From the IMG/VR virus record IMGVR_UViG_3300022902_000004, positions 190,268 to 254,267 of that record: DNA of 64,000 nt, one strand, 5' to 3'. Positions 19,570 through 28,471 of the stretch are shown here, piece by piece. Numbering within the stretch: position 1 is the stretch's first letter; every line of letters starts with the position of its first letter. Position numbers and translations under genes: made by a program. Source of the DNA: a virus. A model generated the notes under the pieces. The model did not search any database and was not told the origin of the DNA. It saw nothing but the letters and a program-made list of their open reading frames with translations.

Positions 19570-20447
19570 AACAACTGAACATACCCTTTACAATGCTCGG
19601 TGTTTGCGAACTCGCAGAACTTGCATGAGTATCTGTTCTTCAGCGTGAACTCGGCTTCCATGTTTTTCAACATGTTGATGACCATCTTTTCGGCTTTCGC
19701 CATGACCTTCGGTCCTGATGATACTTCAACCATCGACACTGATTTACCTGGCTTTGCTTCACGGTGGAGAAGAACGTATGCTGTTTTCACATCCCGAGAT
19801 TTCTTTCCTGTGTGGCGCATCCAGAAATGCTTGTAAAGAATGACCTGAGCTAATGTCAAGAAGTCTTGCTTCTTTCTTCGCTGCCAACCATATCGTCCTG
19901 CTGTTTTCCAGTCGATGATGACATGTTTTCCATTGGGAAGTTCAATCACGCAATCGATGTAGCCCTTGAAGTGACCGGTCGTCTTCAAAACGTCAGCATA
20001 CAACATATGTTCCGCTTCGACAGTCTTCCACCCAGGAAATGTCTTTTCCATGAAATCAGGGAGCTGTGTTAGGGCATTCGTTGCCGATTCCAGCCAACCT
20101 GGAAGTTCGACATGTTTGTATTTCCAACCTTGAGCCCTGGCTCTCGCCGTTTGTTCCTTGATCCATTCCTCATCATCAAATCCTCGTTTCTTCCAGGCTT
20201 CCTTGATTTTCTCATGGACTGCCGGGATGTCTATCGTTCTTGTATTGAGGAAACTCTCGCCACCATCGTGGACGATTGTACCATAATCCAAATATGGGCT
20301 TATGATTTCCTCATCTGATGCTGGAATATACAAAAGGTCATGGCGCCATCCACAACCTGCCCAAGTACTAACTTCAGAATATGAGACGTGTGGTTTTCCG
20401 TTTCTTAGCAACGGAAGTGAGGGATCGATTGTTACTTTCTTTTTCAT
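19566..20447 (-). CDS. Cas4/RecB-family PD-(D/E)XK nuclease with Fe-S cysteines
   Basis: Carries GYIDCVIEL and IIDWKTAG (D..E.K / DYKTG-type) nuclease motifs. An N-terminal Cys (AGCGW) plus a C-terminal CKFC…EHC cluster matches the Cas4-like 4-Cys arrangement. Confidence 0.6.
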   Translation of the reverse strand: MKKKVTIDPSLPLLRNGKPHVSYSEVSTWAGCGWRHDLLYIPASDEEIISPYLDYGTIVHDGGESFLNTRTIDIPAVHEKIKEAWKKRGFDDEEWIKEQTARARAQGWKYKHVELPGWLESATNALTQLPDFMEKTFPGWKTVEAEHMLYADVLKTTGHFKGYIDCVIELPNGKHVIIDWKTAGRYGWQRRKKQDFLTLAQVILYKHFWMRHTGKKSRDVKTAYVLLHREAKPGKSVSMVEVSSGPKVMAKAEKMVINMLKNMEAEFTLKNRYSCKFCEFANTEHCKGYVQLF

Positions 20448-20481
20448 ATTTCAATTGTATGAATATGTTGACAACTTTACA

Positions 20482-20847
20482 TTAGTCGCCTTTTTGAATC
20501 CTGTAACTGTCAGAATCGAAGTGCTGTGTTGAAAATTCGTACAACTCAGTGTCCTCGAGGGCAATCATTTGGTGTCGCATCCCTCTCGTCACGTGGAAGT
20601 TATCGCCCTTTTCCAGGATGACCTCGCAGGCATCTTCAACCTCGTCCCATTCCGGCGCAGAATAAAGTACCTTGATTCTCCCGGATTGTACAAAGAAAAC
20701 TTCATCCTTGAGCTTGTGATAATGCCAGGAACATCGTTTCCCTTTCACAAAAAACAGGAGCTTGCCGCAATACTCTTCGCAGTTCACAATCCATTTTTCA
20801 AAGCCCCAGCCTTTTGGGACAAATTTAATCGGCAAAGAATTCGGCAT
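20482..20847 (-). CDS. Small cupin-fold protein (sugar ketoisomerase/epimerase-like)
   Basis: 121 aa with a KGWGFEKW…SWHYH…E.FFV.SG cupin metal-binding pattern. It lies next to sugar-nucleotide genes. Confidence 0.5.
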   Translation of the reverse strand: MPNSLPIKFVPKGWGFEKWIVNCEEYCGKLLFFVKGKRCSWHYHKLKDEVFFVQSGRIKVLYSAPEWDEVEDACEVILEKGDNFHVTRGMRHQMIALEDTELYEFSTQHFDSDSYRIQKGD

Positions 20848-21145
20848 CTTTCATTCCTTTATCGTCAATGTATATGTCACCACTCGGTTTTCCTAGTCGG
20901 AGATCATGAAATTTGACTCCCCAGTCGTACAGTTGAGCCAGTGTCAAATCATAAAACTGCGTTATTGCAGCTACTTGGTTATCTTTGTTGCGGCCCATAC
21001 CTCGGGCCGTATAGATAGTAATGCTATGGCCGGATTCAAACAGCTTATTGACTCGTGCAATTCGGTCCCTGTGTGGACGCGCTACATTGTAATCACCGTC
21101 AGTTGTCGTGCACAGTGTTCCGTCCAGATCAAATACGTAGCGCAT
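20825..21145 (-). CDS. Small HAD-superfamily phosphatase (GmhB-like role)
   Basis: FDLDGTL motif I and GKPSGDIYIDD motif IV. Adjacent to the RfaE-like kinase and nucleotidyltransferase. Confidence 0.6.
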   Translation of the reverse strand: MRYVFDLDGTLCTTTDGDYNVARPHRDRIARVNKLFESGHSITIYTARGMGRNKDNQVAAITQFYDLTLAQLYDWGVKFHDLRLGKPSGDIYIDDKGMKDAEFFAD

Positions 21146-21527
21146 TTATTGCCTCCGTTGATGAATGCGTTCCTATCCTAGGAAAATAGTCGACCTCAGC
21201 CAAATGTGAGCCAACAACCCGCCTTCCGTCATACTCGCTGCCGACAACGATTTTGTCGGCTTTCCAGTTTTCGATTTCTTGGCACATTTCTTCATCCGAG
21301 CCGTAACACACAACGACATCAACACATTCCAATGCACGAAGCATTCTCATCCTGTTCACAAGATCATTGTGGGGTCGGAGGGGTCCCTTGTTTTCAGAGA
21401 CCCTCTCATCGGTATCGACACCAACGACAAGAAATTGGCCTTTGCTTTTTGCGTATTCCAACATTGCAAGATGTCCCACGTGCAAAATATCGAAGCATCC
21501 ATTTGTCCAAATGACGGTTGGGCTCAT
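21129..21527 (-). CDS. Cytidylyltransferase-family nucleotidyltransferase (HldE/RfaE domain II-like)
   Basis: TNGCFDILHVGHL is the HxGH nucleotidyltransferase signature. Size (132 aa) matches the stand-alone RfaE domain II. Confidence 0.7.
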   Translation of the reverse strand: MSPTVIWTNGCFDILHVGHLAMLEYAKSKGQFLVVGVDTDERVSENKGPLRPHNDLVNRMRMLRALECVDVVVCYGSDEEMCQEIENWKADKIVVGSEYDGRRVVGSHLAEVDYFPRIGTHSSTEAINALRI

Positions 21528-22264
21528 ATCGTTGATACCCCTTTTTTCTGGACAACGATTGATGCAATTTCATTTCCCTTTTCAATAGCAGCCTGAACAT
21601 CACCTGTTTCAGTAAATGTCTTTGCGAATGCAGAAACGAATGAGTCACCAGCACCAGCAGAATCAACTCGATTCACCGTTGGCGTTGGATACACAGTTCC
21701 TCGATACATTGCACCACGAGGGCCCAATGTCACGATTAGATTTTCAATGATGTCTTCACCAAGAACTGATTTTGTACGTGCATACTCCGTCTCATTGATT
21801 TTGATGAATGAGATTGAATATGCCCATTCACCAAGAATCTTTTTTGTATCGAGGATTGAGATTTTCGATTTGCGCCCGATGAAGTTGATTTGATTCGTCG
21901 ACAACCAGCCTTTGTCATAATCAGATATCACGACGCAATCATATTTCGAGAAATCAATACCTCGAAGCAGGGCGTTACCATACTTTTCATCGTTCTCGTC
22001 GACCCTGAGGAACATATGATTCGATTTCGTTTCTACGTAACGAATCTTCTTGATACACTCGGCATTATCATTTGTGTATAGCTCCGTATCGCAACCCAAA
22101 ACTCTCATGTTGGCGGCAACATTTGAAGCCATCCCAAGGTTCTCAACACTTTTGATGCTATTGAAAACAGGAACTGGCGACTCCGGGGCGAGTCGCACTA
22201 CGTTGCCGTATACGAAGACGTCCAAACATGATTCACCAATTACTAAAAATTTCATAGCACACAC
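21524..22264 (-). CDS. PfkB-family sugar kinase (HldE/RfaE domain I-like)
   Basis: PfkB signature GAGDSFVSAF near the C-terminus. It overlaps the nucleotidyltransferase gene by 4 nt. Confidence 0.7.
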   Translation of the reverse strand: MCAMKFLVIGESCLDVFVYGNVVRLAPESPVPVFNSIKSVENLGMASNVAANMRVLGCDTELYTNDNAECIKKIRYVETKSNHMFLRVDENDEKYGNALLRGIDFSKYDCVVISDYDKGWLSTNQINFIGRKSKISILDTKKILGEWAYSISFIKINETEYARTKSVLGEDIIENLIVTLGPRGAMYRGTVYPTPTVNRVDSAGAGDSFVSAFAKTFTETGDVQAAIEKGNEIASIVVQKKGVSTI

Positions 22265-23442
22265 TTGACAAGGTCGCAGATTCTATCGATGTCTTCCGTA
22301 CCTAACTCTGGATTGTTGGGTAAAAAGAACCCACAATCATGAATCTCATCTGAAACGGGATGACTAAACTCACCGTATTCCGCCTTCCAGAATGGGTGCT
22401 TTCCTAAGTTTCCTGCGCTGAAGATTCTTGTTTCGACGCCGGCAACCCGTAGCATCTTCACAATTTTCGTTCGTTGTGCCTTGTCTTTTGCCAGGAGACC
22501 AAACGAGATTGAGACCGGCTTGTTGGTTCCCCAATCTTGAAACTTGAAAGTTCCTCGTAGGTTTTCCGCGTAGCGCTTGTGATTTCTCTCTCTGGCCTCT
22601 GATACCCAAGGTGCTTTCTTGACCTGGTCGATTCCAATGAATGCCTGTAAGTCTGTCGCCCTCAAGTTGAATCCTGGAACGAAGAATGTGAACGGTTTGT
22701 GGAAGTCATCAACTCCATTTTCTTCAACCAACCCGTCGTACACTGACTCATCAAGATCCTTTCCCCAGCCGTGACTTCGGAGCATGAGCAACATTTGGTA
22801 TGTTTCGAAATCGTCGGTGTTCACCATACCACCTTCAATTGTCGCCAACTGATGCCCAAAGTAGAATGAGAAGCTCGACATTTTGCCAACCGTTCCCACC
22901 TTCTTGCCGTTTGCATATTCAGCACCGAGAGCTGCGCAGCCGTCCTCAAGCAAAGTGAAGTTGTATTTCTTTGAGAGGGCATGCAATCTTTCAGCGTCAT
23001 GCGGGATACCGAGAACCTGCACAAAAATTACCGTTGCCGGATCCTCTTCGATACACACTTTTTCGAGGTCGTCGAGATCGATTCCATACGTTTTTGCATC
23101 GGCGCCAACCATGATCGGGTCGAAACCAAATTGCATGAATGGTGCGATTGTTGTGACCCATCCCACCGATGGGACGACGACCTTCATGTTTCTTGGCTTT
23201 GCAACCTTTGCGGCGTACGCCATCAGCAGGTTTGCAGAAGAGCCGGAGTTGCAAAACACAGAGTACTTCGTACCGATGTATTTCGCCCATGCTTTCTCAA
23301 ACTTTACCGTTAGTTCGCCCTTTGTCAGGCGAGGATATGTTTTCAGCCAATTGATAAGATTATCGATATCGTGATCGCTAATCGTATCTTTTGCCAGTGG
23401 GTACTCAATTTTATTCATCAATTTTCTCCATCCAATATTCAA
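22252..23442 (-). CDS. DegT/DnrJ/EryC1-family PLP/PMP enzyme, ColD-like 3-dehydratase
   Basis: Fold-type I sugar aminotransferase motif SFSFYFGHQLATIEGG. A His occupies the position of the Schiff-base Lys, as in GDP-4-keto-6-deoxymannose 3-dehydratase ColD and the E1 dehydratases. Gmd lies directly downstream. Confidence 0.6.
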   Translation of the reverse strand: MNIGWRKLMNKIEYPLAKDTISDHDIDNLINWLKTYPRLTKGELTVKFEKAWAKYIGTKYSVFCNSGSSANLLMAYAAKVAKPRNMKVVVPSVGWVTTIAPFMQFGFDPIMVGADAKTYGIDLDDLEKVCIEEDPATVIFVQVLGIPHDAERLHALSKKYNFTLLEDGCAALGAEYANGKKVGTVGKMSSFSFYFGHQLATIEGGMVNTDDFETYQMLLMLRSHGWGKDLDESVYDGLVEENGVDDFHKPFTFFVPGFNLRATDLQAFIGIDQVKKAPWVSEARERNHKRYAENLRGTFKFQDWGTNKPVSISFGLLAKDKAQRTKIVKMLRVAGVETRIFSAGNLGKHPFWKAEYGEFSHPVSDEIHDCGFFLPNNPELGTEDIDRICDLVKCVL

Positions 23443-24409
23443 TCATTTCGTCCAACATAGATTCGAATGTGTACTCAAATTGAAAGTTCGTTTTTGTTGT
23501 TGGGCCTATTTTTCCTAGAAGCTTTGAGGCATCACCTTTTAGGTTGTGCAACTCAAGTGGTCTCACGAACCGTGGGTCAACAACCACATGGTCATTATAA
23601 TTCAAATCTAGGTAATTGAAAACATATTCGCAAAGATGCCTAACTGAATTTGAACGACCGGTGGCCATGACAAAATCGTCACACTCATCCAACTGCAAAA
23701 TCGCATGCATCGCCCTAACATAATCTTTGGCATGACCCCAGTCCCGTGTTGCATCTAGGTTTCCTAAACGGAGCTCTTTCATCAAACCTTTTTTGATTCG
23801 AACTGCACCGATGACGACCTTATTCGTCACGAAATTGGCACCTCGGCGGGGTGACTCATGATTGAACAGAATACCGTTCGACAGAAACATGTTGTACGAT
23901 TCCCTATAGCACCTCATCAATGAGTAGGCCATTTGTTTTGCACAACCGTACGGGCTGACAGGAGACATTGGTGTTGTCTCTCTTTGGAATCCATCCGGAT
24001 CAATGTTGTTGCCAAACATTTCAGAGCTGCTTGCCTGATAAATCTTGGCCGAGGGATAACAGAGTCGCGTCGCTTCCAGCAAATTCATCACGCCCAAACC
24101 AGTTGCCTGGATTGTATACAACGGCTGGTCGAAACTTACCTTCACATGACTTTGAGCCGCCAGATTGTAAATCTCATGAGGTTTCACATCCATCACAACA
24201 CGAACCAACGATGCCATGTCTGTCACATCGGCAAACTGCAGGTTTTCTTTGATTTTTGCGTAAGTTCCGTCGTTCAGACGAGCAGATTGGTTTTCTGCGA
24301 TTGAGTTTCGTTTGAGTGTACCATGAACATTGTACCCCAATTCGAGGAGATATTCGGCAAGATAACTTCCATCTTGCCCGTTGATCCCCGTCACGAGTGC
24401 GCGTTTCAT
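23411..24409 (-). CDS. gmd: GDP-mannose 4,6-dehydratase
   Basis: MKRALVTGINGQDGSYLAEYLLELGYNVHG, GILFNHESPRRG and RDWGHAKDYV are near-identical to bacterial Gmd. Confidence 0.85.
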   Translation of the reverse strand: MKRALVTGINGQDGSYLAEYLLELGYNVHGTLKRNSIAENQSARLNDGTYAKIKENLQFADVTDMASLVRVVMDVKPHEIYNLAAQSHVKVSFDQPLYTIQATGLGVMNLLEATRLCYPSAKIYQASSSEMFGNNIDPDGFQRETTPMSPVSPYGCAKQMAYSLMRCYRESYNMFLSNGILFNHESPRRGANFVTNKVVIGAVRIKKGLMKELRLGNLDATRDWGHAKDYVRAMHAILQLDECDDFVMATGRSNSVRHLCEYVFNYLDLNYNDHVVVDPRFVRPLELHNLKGDASKLLGKIGPTTKTNFQFEYTFESMLDEMIEYWMEKIDE

Positions 24410-25332
24410 TACTTCCTCGCATGCTCAAAGTTTTCTTCAAACCATTTTGAAGTGTTAACAATTGCCCAAACGATTGGTGTCCGTACAAATGTTGGGAACA
24501 AATCATCAAAGTATTCACTTACCGTTTGGCGACGGAGTTGCCCGTTCGGCTTTGACGTATCCCAATCAACACTAACATTGAAATATTCTGCCACCGTCTC
24601 AACCAGCTTCCTGATTTCCAGTTCATCGCCTGACACAATCAGTTTCTGCGGCAAATCATCCACCGACGCTAGCAATTCGAAGCATGCTTCCGCCAAATCA
24701 TCAACGTAGATAAATTCACGACGAGGAGAGCCATCGCCCCATGCTTGCAAACTGGTTCCATTTTCTCTTGCCAAGTATGCCTTATGAATCAAGGATGGCA
24801 CGACATGCCCATGGGCAAAGTCAAAGTTGTCATTCGGGCCGAAGATGTTTCCTGGGATGATCGAGCAGTAGTTTACGCCGTATTGCTTCCTGTAGGCCTC
24901 AATTTGGACATCAACCATTCTCTTGGCATGAGCGTAAGCTCCATGTGCCGGGAAAGGAGGACCATCGTGTAGGACCGATTCTGTCATCGTTTCCACATCA
25001 GGAAAGGCACATACAGATGAAAACGCAATCAACTTTTCGACGCCATGCTTGTAGGCCTCATCAATGATCATCGTGTTCATCATGACATTGTCAAAAAATT
25101 GCTGCGCTGGCGTTTCAAGGTTTTTCGCAATCCCTCCGACACGGGCAGCAGTATGGATGACATAATTTGGCTTATAACAATCAAACATGTCTTTGACACC
25201 ATCTTGCTCTGTCAGATCCCAATTTTCCCGGGCCGCGAAGATTACATCAAATTGAGAATGATAGCCAGCTAACCTTCTGATAGCATTGCCGACCAACCCA
25301 TTACCGCCTGTGACCAATACCAATTTTTTCAT
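24409..25332 (-). CDS. GDP-L-fucose synthase-like epimerase/reductase (Fcl/ColC-like)
   Basis: SDR with VGNAIRR, HTAARVGG and a YAHAK catalytic motif. Collinear with E. coli Fcl. Confidence 0.75.
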   Translation of the reverse strand: MKKLVLVTGGNGLVGNAIRRLAGYHSQFDVIFAARENWDLTEQDGVKDMFDCYKPNYVIHTAARVGGIAKNLETPAQQFFDNVMMNTMIIDEAYKHGVEKLIAFSSVCAFPDVETMTESVLHDGPPFPAHGAYAHAKRMVDVQIEAYRKQYGVNYCSIIPGNIFGPNDNFDFAHGHVVPSLIHKAYLARENGTSLQAWGDGSPRREFIYVDDLAEACFELLASVDDLPQKLIVSGDELEIRKLVETVAEYFNVSVDWDTSKPNGQLRRQTVSEYFDDLFPTFVRTPIVWAIVNTSKWFEENFEHARK

Positions 25333-25964
25333 AATTTCTTTGCCTCAACATTCAACGACATAAGCAGCCCGGTCGATTTATCCATGTGGGGCAAATATGC
25401 CTGACTGTAATCGTCCACATAAAAATGGTCAGTCTTTCGCCAATCGTATCCTTTCACATCACTAAATCCGGCCTGTTCAAGATCATATTTCAATGTATCG
25501 AAGTCCCACCCGTGAAAATGAAAGTCAAAATCGTATTTTTGGCCGCCAAAAAAGAAAGCCTGGACCTCCGCGAGGTTGCCGGTTGCCAAGTATCGATCAC
25601 ACGCAGCACGCATGTTTGGAACGGCCAAACGCAATGTTCCACCTTTACCCAAAGCTTCAAACCAGTCGGCAAGAATGTCCTTGTATGTTGTCGGGGCAAA
25701 TTTTGATGCCTTCAACGGGAAATGTTCCAAAACATGGGCAGCATAAATCACTTTCGCATCAGAAAACTTGGTCGATAACTTTGAAATGTCACAAACAACA
25801 TCGGGTTGAACGTCTGGACGAATATCCACGTTCGTGTAGCCCCACATTTTCCGGTCGCCGCAACCGACGTTGATTTTGCAGCCATTTTTCTTCAAAATAC
25901 TCATTATCCAAATCTCCTGGCCCATTTTTCTGGTTGGCGTATCCAATTGTCGTACCGTATGCAA
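25329..25964 (-). CDS. Class I SAM-dependent methyltransferase
   Basis: Motif I INVGCGDRK and a …VLEHF… motif. The real start is probably the ATG near 25904, a 4-nt overlap with the upstream stop. Confidence 0.6.
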   Translation of the reverse strand: MHTVRQLDTPTRKMGQEIWIMSILKKNGCKINVGCGDRKMWGYTNVDIRPDVQPDVVCDISKLSTKFSDAKVIYAAHVLEHFPLKASKFAPTTYKDILADWFEALGKGGTLRLAVPNMRAACDRYLATGNLAEVQAFFFGGQKYDFDFHFHGWDFDTLKYDLEQAGFSDVKGYDWRKTDHFYVDDYSQAYLPHMDKSTGLLMSLNVEAKKL

Positions 25965-26728
25965 ACTGGACGATGATGTGACGTAAACGCGTGCCCATAA
26001 ATGCTATTGAACAGCGGTAAATCGTTCTGATAGTATGCCGCAATGATTGGGCTATTATTTTGGTCTCTGCCGGGTTCCCAATCGTGCTTTGTTACAAAAT
26101 TGTCTGACGTTATCACTTTTGAACCACTTCTTTGGGCCCGAAAGGCAAAATCGTGCAAATTCAAGTTGAAATGTTCGAACCTGCAGTCCAAACCGCCCAA
26201 ACCTCTGAACCTTTCCACACTCATCATAAACATTAGGCAAATCTTCCAATCTGGATGAACTCCGGGTATCCGGAGACTGTCATGGTGGTGTGCATTCCAA
26301 TAACTTGGCTTGAAATCGGCCAAATTGGCATTGAAATTCTGCCCTTCGGTATATTTCAATGCAATGATGTCTTTTTCGCTGTCATTTTGTTCAAGAAGGT
26401 CAATGCAATTGCTAAATTCCTTCTCGTTGATGATTACATCGTCTGAGGCAGCGGCGATGTACTTTCCTTGTGCAAGCGTGCTTGCTTTTTGAAGACATCG
26501 TGAAGGGCAACCAAAATCCTGCGAATATTGAACATTTGACAGCCCACGTAAATCGGCAGGCATCGGATATGGCGAAACAAACACAATTTCAAATGGGTGA
26601 CGATCGCATGATAGCAACATTTGTTTATAAACGTTGCCCCAGTTATCATTTCTGATACCTGAGACCAAAAGCGACAAAACTGGCTTCACTTGAACCTCCG
26701 AGTCCATACAGTTTCGACATTTTTCCAA
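25904..26728 (-). CDS. GT-A-like glycosyltransferase, tandem paralog 1
   Basis: Shares ~270-aa collinear similarity with 26686..27489 and 29280..30095 (…ERF..LGG(L/F)D..FE…HDFAFR.Q..G…). Confidence 0.5.
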   Translation of the reverse strand: MEKCRNCMDSEVQVKPVLSLLVSGIRNDNWGNVYKQMLLSCDRHPFEIVFVSPYPMPADLRGLSNVQYSQDFGCPSRCLQKASTLAQGKYIAAASDDVIINEKEFSNCIDLLEQNDSEKDIIALKYTEGQNFNANLADFKPSYWNAHHHDSLRIPGVHPDWKICLMFMMSVERFRGLGGLDCRFEHFNLNLHDFAFRAQRSGSKVITSDNFVTKHDWEPGRDQNNSPIIAAYYQNDLPLFNSIYGHAFTSHHRPVCIRYDNWIRQPEKWARRFG

Positions 26729-27489
26729 TTCATTATCTCGGCGGCAATCGATTCATTCTTCGGCCACTCATTATTTCTGTATTTCGCGTGGAGAAGTGGC
26801 TCATCGTGGAATGTTTGACAATTATGAATCGGTTCGTGGTCGCCTGTTGTTCCTGGCATGTGGTCGCAAATCATGCATGCGATTCCTGACATCTTTACGA
26901 TGGCGCCGGCGGCCTGGGCACGGATTGCAAGGTCAGTTTGTGATGACCAGGTCCCTTCGAATTCAGAGTTGAACCCTCCGAGGGCTTCCAAGAACGAACG
27001 GTGCATAAACGCGACGTTGAAGAGCCACCAATCTGGTGGGAGGTACGGTGATGCCGCAGGACCGGCTGCAATCTTGAAATATGAGTCGTCATGTTGCCGA
27101 TCCCTGTCCACACTTCCAACTTGACCTTCCTGGTATTTTGCAATTACCACATTTAGTGGATTTCCGCCCATTTCTCGAAGGATTTTCATGTTTGCATCGA
27201 CAGAACCAGGCAGCATGATTGCATCATCAGCCTGCCATGTCACAATCTCGCCTTCAGCGACGAGAAGTGCAATATTTTGGGCCCGAGTTGGGTGTCCAAA
27301 ATCTCGTACGTACTTTATGTTTCGATATTGCAGCAATTCTTCCGGAAGTGGATTAGGACCGACCACAATTAGCTCAAACTGAAGCGATGTCGACTCACAT
27401 AGCGATTTGTAAAAGCCTGGAAGGCGTTCTGGTCTGATACTCGGCAAAATTACCGATAATTCAGGCTTTTTGTGTTCTGACATATTCAA
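26686..27489 (-). CDS. GT-A-like glycosyltransferase, tandem paralog 2
   Basis: Paralog of 25904..26728 (…SVILPSIRPERL…ELIVVGP…ADD…LGGFNSEFEG…). Confidence 0.5.
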   Translation of the reverse strand: MNMSEHKKPELSVILPSIRPERLPGFYKSLCESTSLQFELIVVGPNPLPEELLQYRNIKYVRDFGHPTRAQNIALLVAEGEIVTWQADDAIMLPGSVDANMKILREMGGNPLNVVIAKYQEGQVGSVDRDRQHDDSYFKIAAGPAASPYLPPDWWLFNVAFMHRSFLEALGGFNSEFEGTWSSQTDLAIRAQAAGAIVKMSGIACMICDHMPGTTGDHEPIHNCQTFHDEPLLHAKYRNNEWPKNESIAAEIMNWKNVETVWTRRFK

Positions 27490-28471
27490 TTACCTCCCTT
27501 ACTGATTCTCGCAACGAAATGTCCGCTGTAAAGCCCAATACATCCGTTGCTTTTTGAACGTCTGGGACCCTCTTCTGTACATCATAGTCAAATGGCTCAT
27601 CATGTTCAAAAAGTAGCGGCCTTGGATCGCCCAATTCTTCCCAAACAACTGTCGCGAGCTCTTTTACTGTTGTTGGTTGTCTCGTTGATATGTTGAAATC
27701 TTCGTTTTCGGCAGCCTGTGACTCAATGGCTACCCGAATTCCTCTTGCGATGTCTTTTCCGTTGGTGTAGCAACGAACCTGGTTTCCCTGGCCTAGCAAA
27801 CGTAGCGGATATTGACCTTTGACAACCTTGTTGATTAGATCAGGCAAAACATGACTCATCATCATCTCAACATTGCCACTTGTGACCACTTCTTCGCCCA
27901 GGGCTTTGTCTTCTCCAACACCGACACAATTGAATGGCCGAATAATCGTGTAGGGAAGGTTGTATTGCTCATTGGCACCCTTGCAAAAGTACTCGCAAGC
28001 CAATTTTTGGAACCCGTAAGTGCTCAAAGGTGGTGGAGTTGTGGCAATTACACTTTCGGGTGTTGGAAACACATCAGTCGATTCGAAAACCATGCTGCTT
28101 GACAGAACCACGATACGCTTGAGCTGTTTTGTTTTGTGCAAGTGGATTGCTGTGTCGAAAATCGACGCCATAATCCTTTCGTTCGTTGCCAGCAGGTCAT
28201 ACGCATATTTGTGGAAATAAGAAATGCCGCCAATCATTGCTGCCATGCCGACAATCACATCGACATCGCCAAATCTGGCCAAATCTCGTTGTTCGAGACC
28301 GATGACATCCTCTTCGTAGAATGTGAAACAGGGATGATCATCGTGTGCCCGAACAATTTTCCCATATTTTGAGTAATTGTCAATTCCTATGACATTGTGA
28401 CCAGCTTTTAGTAGCTCATTGCAAAGGTAACTTCCAATGAAACCTTGCGAACCGGTAATCATGATATTCAT
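27461..28471 (-). CDS. NAD-dependent sugar epimerase/dehydratase (SDR)
   Basis: MNIMITGSQGFIGSYL Rossmann motif and a YxxxK segment (YGFQKLACE). Size fits a UDP-glucuronate decarboxylase or 4-epimerase. Confidence 0.7.
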   Translation of the reverse strand: MNIMITGSQGFIGSYLCNELLKAGHNVIGIDNYSKYGKIVRAHDDHPCFTFYEEDVIGLEQRDLARFGDVDVIVGMAAMIGGISYFHKYAYDLLATNERIMASIFDTAIHLHKTKQLKRIVVLSSSMVFESTDVFPTPESVIATTPPPLSTYGFQKLACEYFCKGANEQYNLPYTIIRPFNCVGVGEDKALGEEVVTSGNVEMMMSHVLPDLINKVVKGQYPLRLLGQGNQVRCYTNGKDIARGIRVAIESQAAENEDFNISTRQPTTVKELATVVWEELGDPRPLLFEHDEPFDYDVQKRVPDVQKATDVLGFTADISLRESVREVIEYVRTQKA

